This document shows positions 56,001 through 63,129 of a stretch of 64,000 nt of DNA, in pieces. Source of the stretch: an uncultured Candidatus Poseidoniales archaeon (GTDB lineage Archaea; Thermoplasmatota; Poseidoniia; Poseidoniales; Poseidoniaceae); contig CABYOM010000001.1 in the NCBI GenBank assembly GCA_902520595.1, positions 528 to 64,527 on the forward strand. The letters run 5' to 3'. The notes under the pieces are model-generated. The model had not been told where the DNA came from and made no database searches. It saw only the letters and a program-made list of their open reading frames with translations. Each line of letters starts with the position of its first letter. Within the stretch, counting starts at the first letter, position 1. Position numbers and translations under genes: made by a program.

Positions 56001-56180
56001 CAAGTATTGAAACCACAATCCAAGCAGTTAAGAGCGACCTATAAGCAAAGAGATTTGCTGATTGTTAAAGCATTGCCGGAATTGGAGAGCGATTCCATCC
56101 GTAATCTACGTCCTTTAACGCGATTTGAAGAGGAAGTGTTACGGTCGATTTCTTCCGCGTTCAACGATGGACAACTCTAG
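50031..56180 (+). CDS. Giant (2049 aa) P-loop NTPase + SF1 (UvrD-like) helicase-core protein with long helical C-terminal region
   Basis: The first P-loop is 'LLGKPSSGKTTEL' with Walker B 'ILLVDTVDLL'. The second is 'IINGPPGVGKSH' with 'ILVLDEIQDL', 'VMMCGDDEQTL', 'QSWRTS', 'KIKGLEYSVVIAV' and 'IMLSRGMDQLFII' (the UvrD-type motif order). The GTG start overlaps the previous gene by 8 nt. Confidence 0.65.
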   Translation: MIKLQNKYQLRELAHENLKPSNKEFVPRSAFDKHKSGEVFVNPLLAHYDKFWDVEERSFSFMQTMCNVLKGPIEYEKQKAIDATQYLLLGKPSSGKTTELRRISHEILGQINDDQIIHLCSLQNTSAVQREIESKEDLWNWMMRSHESKVWAEKRYSLEQFSQLHLENNLKPILLVDTVDLLIYGKIGTESSMKITEFWKELVSDIELLGWTVLWSCRTYEWNLMKEHNSADRINLIEVSLPILNEKEITQRLESIPTADYLQRHMVTLSWAFPIVIGHYINYRQKFDWAPIIENFRELHYEMRRTSCDEVIVANNAGPVTWIARELNEEIATDILYKGIRSAIIDYIVKVYHYGLEKVENRWEEIEKEFYSAARPKSSVSRIQIDASYLEDYDDKTLTEALIKRAVGFGILNKNGETLEMTHQLFAEYCVWIHKRETDRELMKKFPSTIFRSELKDADQAVLNEGRDWFLPYILFNMDLAKFPDLPSFEKSTTHAWKQLADFARHEQKSELPKTKAKHIENHNVPFNHSRLINKEKEQLLDNLNSTFPLIINGPPGVGKSHLSYIWIDKMALGLDWEQLLPDKKRQIFVADINALPTAYFMTQSQRLASQISDKIDEYYGVDTRPVKFENWGVSEYLADLEKLLGIESETFSFEDFEKEWKEYSKGNNSRGIADLNKMSIQALWNEYLHNVIDNQGDRKDFEKYRKSIDHIFKYCKHPVDAKQVFGKWAIERRKRSPKLSLSEQAGQCIKHVLPILANGSLEQRELIHTMQPDILVLDEIQDLPAPVILLMLIMHKGETNTVMMCGDDEQTLELIQFNWSTVFKHISVAIHELYESYKEDSESIIFIEKWVNIQDQSLNKIQEKNTSSLKMVERSIPEIVDVLSQSWRTSVTSLEVPDEIKINRNKGTGAIIAGQFSIDRENRNEENDIDQGVEYYEVKNTDWFEKVATEIYEQALDVAILLPDLTQWERYKQLLEEWDINIEIWTPRKIKGLEYSVVIAVNPWHIDKEHFTDVIGKNITSWSEAEQYVTDNHGTSEHSEAKINAIALLANQRRRHSNIMLSRGMDQLFIISENESGMIETKDPNFRDQQKTILDDNADLFSEKTNKSNYQGINRLIKRLSMIILSVETESDRNQVMYKSKHILQTLKLDENVEDYLPFYLLSKITSDHFDEDEKNDLLGVGLSRFSELSSLNPPLGVKNSHSAYGKWSDFDELQSFWEYTESLVSVCKEDEGRLKIPILLFNEYNSRLEEFILRFSRPNDSCFKLDDTLDQKEKESQKNIISDYIVNRIFGGQKESEIEAEQWCTAAKTINLSTFSITLDVEKNPRYKLLLDILQRQEMDDYSDEISKKSSSKSKDKNELLKIDTDFWKEGSHHLSRIDPYDLFDISKRICSQLTISSNSLSIEGVNFLSKLIPRSLKERRQELENRFNTGGITDLCKICNALEKQASNNKISLPLISSQIEDYVSQIIANKLFENIANPSVRKALLGNSFGLYDLFKSKIMKTKNKEFNLGKAMQLGRLLINDLSHGNKAPKPSDWELTIITDLQNFATTEIGRDRFVTTTYMEDIKITDVEDIFWNGNDKTEMLPKQIQGEFRETLFATSLRYELDDRGRKNLIFFLIKKTYIDNFSRYTIQRNEEVMREKIAEKINLLPLKQSEVDSEKWNIILDDEEFAKKLVSIPYEGVLSDIDPDIYFGRTVGGFINAKSWNKSLQKELTSLNKGKSMKLAIAEIQKRTDSAYDAAGGEGMGSTELQSLKISTHEHLRKNISLPHWREQVLRKNNKNLTSRWANDFIPNLSAKQSIILYSDVNKIKRKLYKSYLHLEKVFKEAKGKLNSRNLRETQSLAHKGFTWIKNKWGDAEVEVFFTAIKKEIESFDMNSFLEKFVNYFHTNIKLKMQWKSLSSSFLEVEYPNTYELLGQFGIKEMRDLLDSLTGSSRGIHEFSLLNIPLDSQKFLIDFLQKFGKDEKYIPSTTPIDEKLDSSETIGNYQVLKPQSKQLRATYKQRDLLIVKALPELESDSIRNLRPLTRFEEEVLRSISSAFNDGQL

Positions 56181-56530
56181 AAGGTGAGTACTTTTTCACT
56201 GCTTTGAACCCAAGCTGAACATTCAGCCATGGTTGAGAATTGTGCTCCTTCGTAGTATGGTTGGCCCTTCAACACACCACAACGGTTCTGACAGGTTCCG
56301 CAGACTTTGACTGGAACGCCGTTGGCAATCAGTTCCTTGGTCATCGCCACCATGTCTTCACTGCCTTCAGGTGGTTGGATTCCATCACGTGCGAGGTCCA
56401 CACTGTCGTTCATCAAGAACAATCGAACCTCGGCTCCATCGTTGTTGAGTTGACGAGCCAAGCGAAGTGCGTTCCAAGTGACGTCGGTTCCGTCGTACGG
56501 TTGATGATTCAAGATGATGAGTATAGCCAT
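56177..56530 (-). CDS. DsrE/DsrF-like (YchN-fold) sulfur-relay family protein
   Basis: 'MAILIILNHQPYDGTDVTWNALRLA...VRLFLMNDSV...VKVCGTC'. Its stop overlaps the stop of the 2049-aa gene (CTAG). Confidence 0.65.
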   Translation of the reverse strand: MAILIILNHQPYDGTDVTWNALRLARQLNNDGAEVRLFLMNDSVDLARDGIQPPEGSEDMVAMTKELIANGVPVKVCGTCQNRCGVLKGQPYYEGAQFSTMAECSAWVQSSEKVLTF

Positions 56531-56626
56531 ACCCGTTCCAAAACGAGACGGTGTTTGAAAGCAACGATGCTGAGTTGCTGGGGATTGAAAACATCAATTC
56601 AAAAGGAGAACTGATGACCATTGTCT

Positions 56627-59600
56627 ATGAGTGGTTCATTTGCCAGGTTTGCCAAATGGCTCATCCCTCATCGAAAAAGAGTTCACGTCTCGGTATTCTT
56701 ACTTAGTATTCTCATGATTCCTGGAGTCTTGACTGCTCTGCAACCGATTGACATGGAATCCTATGAAATGGATTCTCCAGAACTTGAAGCCCAAGCGATT
56801 ATTGATGACGAATTTTCAAACTCTGAAATCATTCTCGGATTTTTGGTTTCTGCACGAGATCCAAATTATGTTCCTGCAATAGAAGACTGGTCTCCCGTAG
56901 CCCGAATGAGTGACGGAGCACCGGATTATTCTTCGCTTCCCAGTGTCACTGAAATGCTTGATGCTGGCGAACCTTGGGGCGGGATTAACGCACCAACGGC
57001 CGGCATCATGAACCTGACCTTGCTTCAAGAAATTGATCACAAAGTGGACCTCGTCCAGGAACATCCGTTGAGTAAAGCCATGAAACCACTGGTCAATGAC
57101 GTCACTGGAAATCAAGCACCTGGAGCAATCTCACTCTCTGACCATTTCCGTGGTTTCATGAACGGCTCCTCAATTCTCACTCAACCCGGATTAACAACGC
57201 TTGGAATCGTTACAGACCCGCCTACAAACTGGACAGATTGCGGCGTCTTGGAATGCCTTGAATTTGATGATGAGAATGTCACTCAGCAGCACATCGACAT
57301 GGCTGCGGCCCGAATGGCTGAAGCATCGGACAACAATTTCCTGAGATGGTTATCACTTGACAGAGGATTTGTTGCGGATATGAATGCGTTGCAAACTGGA
57401 CCCGTTGGTGGCTCACTCAACAGTAACGGGACATGGCAAGACGCATTTGTTGCAAACGGTCGATGGTCTGCATCCTCAACTTGGCTCTTAGTCCAGCTTG
57501 ACCGAGGTACCCTTGAAGAAATGGGTTGGGAAGTCATTTGGAAGGACGCTCTACAAGAAAAGAGCCTTGATTTCTCTGAAGACGGTGTTAAAATTGGGGG
57601 TTATCGTGTTGCCGATGGAACGCTCGTCCTCCACCCTCCACAATATACAGAGGAATATTGTATAGAACTCATGGAAGAGGAAGGGACCGGTTGTTCCACT
57701 GAATGGTCGTACATGGATTTGGAAGGCCACTTGCGCTCTAACGACCGGACGACCATTACACTGCTTCTGGGACAAGGCGTGAATGTAGAGGTAAATCGTG
57801 AATTGCAAGCAAGCGCAGGACTTGTCATTCTGATGGGTTTGGCAATTGTTGGATTGTTGTATGTCAGTCTACGCAGGGTGTCTGATGTTGTCATCGTCAT
57901 GTTTGCTTTGGGGACTGCTCTTGTCTGGATGCAAGGAATGATTGGACACTTCTCGACCATCACCTCATGGTTCGGAATTTCCATCATTGCTCGGTCTCAA
58001 TTCTCAAATTTGTTACCGATTTTGGTTCTTGCACTCGGAATTGACGATTCATTACACGCGCTGCATCGCTACAAAGAGGAACGATTGAAAGGAAAAACCT
58101 CACATGTTTCTGCAGAGATTACGCTGCAACGGGTTGGAAGAGCAATTTGCCTTACTTCAGTGACGACGATGGCTGCTTTTGCTGCGAACCTGTTCAGCGA
58201 TATTGCAGTGCTTCGCTCGTTTGGAATCGAAGCTGCGCTCGGCATATTTTCTGCATTCCTGCTCACCGGTTTATGGGTTCCAATGATCCGACTCTCTGTC
58301 GATGAATGGCTGGTCAAACGCGGCAAGAGTATCGAAGAGAAATCGGGTGTGACCCACTTGGTCCCCGAAGAATGGCTTCAAAGTATTGCATTAAATTCTG
58401 GAACTTTCCGTAAATCTGCACTCATTGCTACCATCGCGTTCCTACTTACCGTACCTGCTGCATGGGGCATGGCTCAACTCGAAGGGGATTTCGCTGTCGA
58501 AGATTTCTTGGATGAGCGCTCCGATTTTGCGATTGGAGTCTATGAAATATCAGAGAGATTTGCCGATGAAGGCGAACCCGCAAATTTACTTATTGAAGGC
58601 GATGTACTCGACCCGGAAGTATTTGCAGCCATCGATGTATTCCGACAAAACATGGATGTGCTTCCCGAAGGAGTACCTGATAAAATCACTCGCCAACCTG
58701 ATGGGACCATCGACATCTTAGCACTCGATGAAATGGTGATCGCTGCCCAAGGTTCACTGGTCTTGGATCCAACACCGTTTGAAGCAGCTGGATGGCAAGT
58801 TAACGAAACCGGACACGGCATGAATTGCTCAACTGCTGGAAGCGGCCCTCTGATGGATTTGACCGACAGAGAATGTCTCGCTTTCTTCTACGGTTTCCTT
58901 TCTCTTAACGGCGTTCCCGGTATCGGGCCAATACCAGACATCCCACCGAGCATTGTCGCCCTCTACATTGCCCCTGCTGTCGAATTGGACCCTACCCAGC
59001 CGTGGCTTGACGTCAACGGCGATGCGGCTGCATACGAACGAATGTTAATCCGCTTTGGAATGACTGCCCCTGAAGATTTCCCTGGCATGGCAGGCGGTAT
59101 GGAAGAAGTCTGGAGAGACCTCTCTCCATTCACCAATCTTTCCACTGGAGACCAACTTGAAGCCGGTGAAGTCAGCGAAGATGAGCCACTCACATGGGTC
59201 ATGCCTACCGGCCGTCCTGTTACTCGCTTTGTTGCTTCAACAACGATGCAAAGTGAGATGCAATCTTCTCTCGGACTCGGCTCACTGTTCGTATTCATCA
59301 CACTCTCTATCGGCTTCCGTTCGTTTAAACAAGCCACAGTTACCTTGGTACCTATTCTCTTGGTTGTGGTCTGGCTGTATGGACTCATGTATATGGCAGG
59401 CTCATCATTGAACATCGTGACGGTCACTATTGCTACGATTTCGTTGGGCGTCGGTATAGATTACTGTATTCACGTCACAGAGAGGTATAGGGAAGGCCGG
59501 GAATCCGGCGAAAGCCATGATGAAGCATTGATTGGAATTGGAGGTGCCTGTGGTCTCGCTCTCATCGGAAGTGCTGCCTCAGACATCGCTGGATTCAGTG

Positions 59601-59746
59601 TCATAGCACTTTCACCAATGGGACTATTCACAAACTTTGGAATCTTTTCCGCTGCGATGATTGCATTCTCTTTAGTTGCAAGTCTGGTCTTAACCACTGC
59701 CGCACTGGGATTGGTTGCCCGTAAACCTTCAGCGGAGGCATCGTGA
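56627..59746 (+). CDS. RND-superfamily (MMPL/SSD-type) exporter
   Basis: Two 5-6-TM bundles, each with 'G(I/V)(G)IDD/Y..H...RY(K/R)EE' ('LGIDDSLHALHRYKEE' and 'VGIDYCIHVTERYREG'), separated by large soluble loops. Confidence 0.7.
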   Translation: MSGSFARFAKWLIPHRKRVHVSVFLLSILMIPGVLTALQPIDMESYEMDSPELEAQAIIDDEFSNSEIILGFLVSARDPNYVPAIEDWSPVARMSDGAPDYSSLPSVTEMLDAGEPWGGINAPTAGIMNLTLLQEIDHKVDLVQEHPLSKAMKPLVNDVTGNQAPGAISLSDHFRGFMNGSSILTQPGLTTLGIVTDPPTNWTDCGVLECLEFDDENVTQQHIDMAAARMAEASDNNFLRWLSLDRGFVADMNALQTGPVGGSLNSNGTWQDAFVANGRWSASSTWLLVQLDRGTLEEMGWEVIWKDALQEKSLDFSEDGVKIGGYRVADGTLVLHPPQYTEEYCIELMEEEGTGCSTEWSYMDLEGHLRSNDRTTITLLLGQGVNVEVNRELQASAGLVILMGLAIVGLLYVSLRRVSDVVIVMFALGTALVWMQGMIGHFSTITSWFGISIIARSQFSNLLPILVLALGIDDSLHALHRYKEERLKGKTSHVSAEITLQRVGRAICLTSVTTMAAFAANLFSDIAVLRSFGIEAALGIFSAFLLTGLWVPMIRLSVDEWLVKRGKSIEEKSGVTHLVPEEWLQSIALNSGTFRKSALIATIAFLLTVPAAWGMAQLEGDFAVEDFLDERSDFAIGVYEISERFADEGEPANLLIEGDVLDPEVFAAIDVFRQNMDVLPEGVPDKITRQPDGTIDILALDEMVIAAQGSLVLDPTPFEAAGWQVNETGHGMNCSTAGSGPLMDLTDRECLAFFYGFLSLNGVPGIGPIPDIPPSIVALYIAPAVELDPTQPWLDVNGDAAAYERMLIRFGMTAPEDFPGMAGGMEEVWRDLSPFTNLSTGDQLEAGEVSEDEPLTWVMPTGRPVTRFVASTTMQSEMQSSLGLGSLFVFITLSIGFRSFKQATVTLVPILLVVVWLYGLMYMAGSSLNIVTVTIATISLGVGIDYCIHVTERYREGRESGESHDEALIGIGGACGLALIGSAASDIAGFSVIALSPMGLFTNFGIFSAAMIAFSLVASLVLTTAALGLVARKPSAEAS

Positions 59747-60225
59747 TGCAATGTCGACAGCTTACCACTGAAGATGTGGTTGCTGCATGGGAGATTAACG
59801 AACAAGGCCTACCTGGAACCGGACGCGTTTCGCATGAAGAAATGGCAGACTTGTTTACACTTTCAGAACTTGCAATCGGGGTTTTTGAAGAAAGCACATT
59901 GCGAGGATATGTGCTCTGCCTCCTTCCTAAAACCCGATATGGAAGTCTCAATTATGCATGGTTTAACCAACGCTATGACTCATTTCTTTACGTTGACAGA
60001 ATTGCTGTTGACCAAAAACACAGAAACCGTGGAATCGGCTCTCTGCTGTATCAACGTGTCATTGAGCATGCTGCCAAACAATCCTCTCCGGTGACTGCCG
60101 AAGTGAGTCTCAGACCGCCAAACCCTGGTTCGATTCGTTTCCATCTGCGACACGGTTTTATTGAAATTGGAACCTTTGAACATGGCCAAAAAGCAGTGAC
60201 AATGATGCTGCGTTCAGTTAACTGA
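59743..60225 (+). CDS. GNAT-family N-acetyltransferase
   Basis: Acetyl-CoA loop 'VDQKHRNRGIGSLLYQRVIEHA'. ATGA overlap with the exporter gene. Confidence 0.8.
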   Translation: MMQCRQLTTEDVVAAWEINEQGLPGTGRVSHEEMADLFTLSELAIGVFEESTLRGYVLCLLPKTRYGSLNYAWFNQRYDSFLYVDRIAVDQKHRNRGIGSLLYQRVIEHAAKQSSPVTAEVSLRPPNPGSIRFHLRHGFIEIGTFEHGQKAVTMMLRSVN

Positions 60226-60257
60226 GTCCGAGATTACAAACGGGGTCTTATTTAAGT
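60195..60257 (+). repeat. Direct repeat copy 1 (63 nt; GNAT 3' end + downstream promoter-like TTTAAG)
   Basis: Matches 60599..60661 with 6 mismatches by eye. Confidence 0.85.
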
Positions 60258-60280
60258 ATCAATAAGATCTCAACTATCTA

Positions 60281-60544
60281 ATGGAAAAAACGGAAGACAA
60301 GGATACGTTTTTACCGAAACCTGAATCGATAGTCATTAACATTTCAACTCCTGTTAAGAAAGAGAAAGAAGGGAATGAATATCCCAAAGGAAAAGAAGTT
60401 CTAACACCTCTCTTCATTTTTACCGGAATCCTTCTTTTTTTGGTTCAAATTTTGAGTGACAATTTTCTCACAGTATGCTGGAGTGAATATTGCTTTTTCG
60501 CTGGAATTTATTTCCTTTCGCTTTGGGAAAATAAACGAAAATAA
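60281..60544 (+). CDS. Small membrane protein (2 TM)
   Basis: 87 aa. Its N-terminus, 'MEKTEDKDTFLPKPESIVINIST', parallels the N-terminus of the 153-aa neighbour. Confidence 0.45.
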   Translation: MEKTEDKDTFLPKPESIVINISTPVKKEKEGNEYPKGKEVLTPLFIFTGILLFLVQILSDNFLTVCWSEYCFFAGIYFLSLWENKRK

Positions 60545-60551
60545 AACAAAA

Positions 60552-60629
60552 ATGGGGACCCGAATTTTAAATGGAATATTTGATTATGGTAGGAAAGAAG
60601 TGACAATGATGATGCGTTCAGTTGATTGA
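60552..60629 (+). pseudogene. Relic of a second GNAT C-terminus (25 codons)
   Basis: Translates to 'MGTRILNGIFDYGRKEVTMMMRSVD*'. Compare the intact GNAT end, 'HGFIEIGTFEHGQKAVTMMLRSVN*'. Confidence 0.35.
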
Positions 60630-60661
60630 GTCCGAGACAACAAACGGGGTCTTGTTTAAGT
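60599..60661 (+). repeat. Direct repeat copy 2
   Basis: See copy 1. Confidence 0.85.
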
Positions 60662-60683
60662 CGGAAGGAAATAAACACCTTTC

Positions 60684-61145
60684 ATGGATGAGGAAGTAGA
60701 TACTGAGAAAACGCGTCCTCCAAAGACGATTCTAATTCAGTCAACAAATCTTGAAGACTGGAACAGTGGGAAGAAATTCATGAATTTTCCCGGTTCTCAA
60801 GAACACTATGGTGCTGATCAAGTTGTCATCCCAGTAGACGGAAAACCCTCAATTCAGATTACTATGATTGCATTAATCGTGATTTTAATGTCAACGGGCT
60901 TGTTTTTGTTTTCAATCGATTCAGCACTCAGCATCGATGATGATTTTCTCTGCTGCCTTTTGTGCAATGGTAACGCTATGGGCATGATTCTACTCGGTAT
61001 TTCGAGTTCTCAATATGGTAAGTGGAAAAGTGATATGGGTGCAAAAATTACCTCCGGCACCTCCTATTTTGCCTCTGCATTATTTTTTATTCTCGCAATA
61101 ATATTCGTGGTATTGTGGGCAATCTACTACACATCTCGATTTTAA
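60684..61145 (+). CDS. Small membrane protein (3-4 TM), paralog-like to 60281..60544
   Basis: 153 aa. Shares the acidic N-terminus pattern and the upstream repeat. Confidence 0.5.
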   Translation: MDEEVDTEKTRPPKTILIQSTNLEDWNSGKKFMNFPGSQEHYGADQVVIPVDGKPSIQITMIALIVILMSTGLFLFSIDSALSIDDDFLCCLLCNGNAMGMILLGISSSQYGKWKSDMGAKITSGTSYFASALFFILAIIFVVLWAIYYTSRF

Positions 61146-61236
61146 CGGACTTAACAAGACCGGTGTATTCATCAATGAGCGAAGAACCGGACGGTTTGCA
61201 GTCTTAGGGGTTGGCCCCGAGAAAGTGGTGATTTTT

Positions 61237-62988
61237 ATGTCGAAAGAAGAACATGACGACAATGAAGATGAAGATGATTGGATGAAATACGCCAATGCCG
61301 GATTTGGGCAAACCGATTATTCATTATGGGATGACAGTGATGCCACTGAGCAATCTCTTCCAGAGGACGAAGAGGATTCCTCCATGGAACAACCCCAGCA
61401 ACTTGGCACCCACATGGAAGAGATTCCTAGAGCGCCGTCTCCTGCAGGTCACAAGCATTTGGTTCGCATCGGAACATGTGACCACTGCCTTGGTCGATTA
61501 GGTGGAAAGAAAACATTCAACCAAAGCATTGAACAATCAGGAATTGAAATTCGAGCAACTGTACTTGAGAGAGATTCCCATTTGAGCAATGTCCGAGAAG
61601 AGGAACCCTTGTGTCCGTTTTGTGAAAACCTCTACGAAGAAGCGGAATTACTTTCCGACATCATTTTTGATGCACTTGAACCCTATGAACTCTCCCGTCT
61701 TCAACTCGGTGCTCGAATTCCTAAGGATCAAATGGAAGAAGAGGAAGAGATGAGGAAACGTTTCGGAGCAGGCGGTTCTGACGCTCTGAAAAGTGGCCTT
61801 GTTAACGCCATTGCTCAGCACCTCAACACGCGCTTAGAAGGGGTCAAAATCGTCAATGACAAACCACAAATCCTCGCACTCATTGATGTCTTAACTTTGA
61901 CAGTAGAACTCGATATTCGCGCTCATTACCTCTACGGAAGATATCTCAAATTGGAGCGTGGAATCCCACAAACTCGATGGCCGTGCCGTGCTTGTAAAGG
62001 ACGAGGTTGTGAACGCTGCGACCAAACTGGACTTCAATACAAGAAAAGTGTTCAGGACCTCATTGGCAATCCTTTGCTTGAACTCTTTGACTCCAAAGAA
62101 CATGCTTTCCACGGCATGGGGCGTGAAGATATTGATGTGCGATGTATGGGTCGAGGACGGCCATTTGTCATCGAAATGAAAGAACCTAAAATTCGCTCAA
62201 TCGATGTAAGTGAAGCTATGAAGACAATCAATTCAGCCGCAGATGGAACTATCGAAATCACTGGCCTAAGGGATTCCACTCGAAGTGAAGTGGTACGAGT
62301 AAAGGACACTCCTGCTGAAAAATCCTATACCATCCGATTCCGCCTCCAACCCCTAAGCGAAGCAGAATTGACAGTACTGACCGCTCCTGTTGATTTGACG
62401 CATATCGATGTTCAAGAACGCGGTGGAAAGGGCAAGAAGCAATCCTCGAAAAGAAAGCGAAGGGGTGACAGGAAAAACGACCACGTCAAACCACTGCCTA
62501 CCGTCATAGACGTTCCGGAAGGGCCGGACGAAGCCACCTTGAAGGCGATGAAGAAGGCAGAACTGGTTGCGTTAGCTGAAGAAATGAAACTTGACACAAC
62601 CGGTACAAAGCCGGTACTTATCGAACGAATTCAGGCTGCTGGACCTCCCACTCCCGTCTACATTGACCTGCCGGATGATGAAGTTATTCTGAACACCATC
62701 GCTAAACTCTCTGGAGTGAAATTAGCTCAACGAACTCCGGAAAGAGTCGCTCACCGTCGTGCAGATCTAATCCGTCGTCGAACGGTATTTGAGACTTCTA
62801 ATCCAAGTATAGAGACGATGGAAGACGGAATGCGAGAAGTTGAATTTACGCTCCGATGTGAATCTGGGACCTATGTCAAAGAAACCGTGCACGGTGATGG
62901 GGGGCGAACGCAACCGAGTTTGTCATCACTCATCAAAGCAAAATGTGAAGTTTTGTGGCTAGATGTCGGTGACATTCATGCAGATTGA
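61237..62988 (+). CDS. pus10: tRNA pseudouridine synthase Pus10 with acidic N-extension and SAP-like insertion
   Basis: Zn motifs 'CDHCLGRLGG', 'CPFCEN' and 'CRACKGRGCERC'. Catalytic-domain strings 'GREDIDVRCMGRGRPFVIE', 'RVAHRRADLIRRR' and 'YVKETVHGDGGRTQPS'. The insertion contains 'KKAELVALAEEMKLDTTGTKPVLIERIQ'. Confidence 0.8.
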   Translation: MSKEEHDDNEDEDDWMKYANAGFGQTDYSLWDDSDATEQSLPEDEEDSSMEQPQQLGTHMEEIPRAPSPAGHKHLVRIGTCDHCLGRLGGKKTFNQSIEQSGIEIRATVLERDSHLSNVREEEPLCPFCENLYEEAELLSDIIFDALEPYELSRLQLGARIPKDQMEEEEEMRKRFGAGGSDALKSGLVNAIAQHLNTRLEGVKIVNDKPQILALIDVLTLTVELDIRAHYLYGRYLKLERGIPQTRWPCRACKGRGCERCDQTGLQYKKSVQDLIGNPLLELFDSKEHAFHGMGREDIDVRCMGRGRPFVIEMKEPKIRSIDVSEAMKTINSAADGTIEITGLRDSTRSEVVRVKDTPAEKSYTIRFRLQPLSEAELTVLTAPVDLTHIDVQERGGKGKKQSSKRKRRGDRKNDHVKPLPTVIDVPEGPDEATLKAMKKAELVALAEEMKLDTTGTKPVLIERIQAAGPPTPVYIDLPDDEVILNTIAKLSGVKLAQRTPERVAHRRADLIRRRTVFETSNPSIETMEDGMREVEFTLRCESGTYVKETVHGDGGRTQPSLSSLIKAKCEVLWLDVGDIHAD

Positions 62989-63129
62989 AGAAAAAATGGC
63001 TCTTGAAACTCCTTTTTTAGCAATTTTTCGGCTCCTGTATCCGTCGCGGTGCTTATATGGAGAGGGCAGGTCGCCAAACTGCTCGGAAGATGTATATCTG
63101 CACCGTCCGGCAAAAAGGAGTCGACCAAC

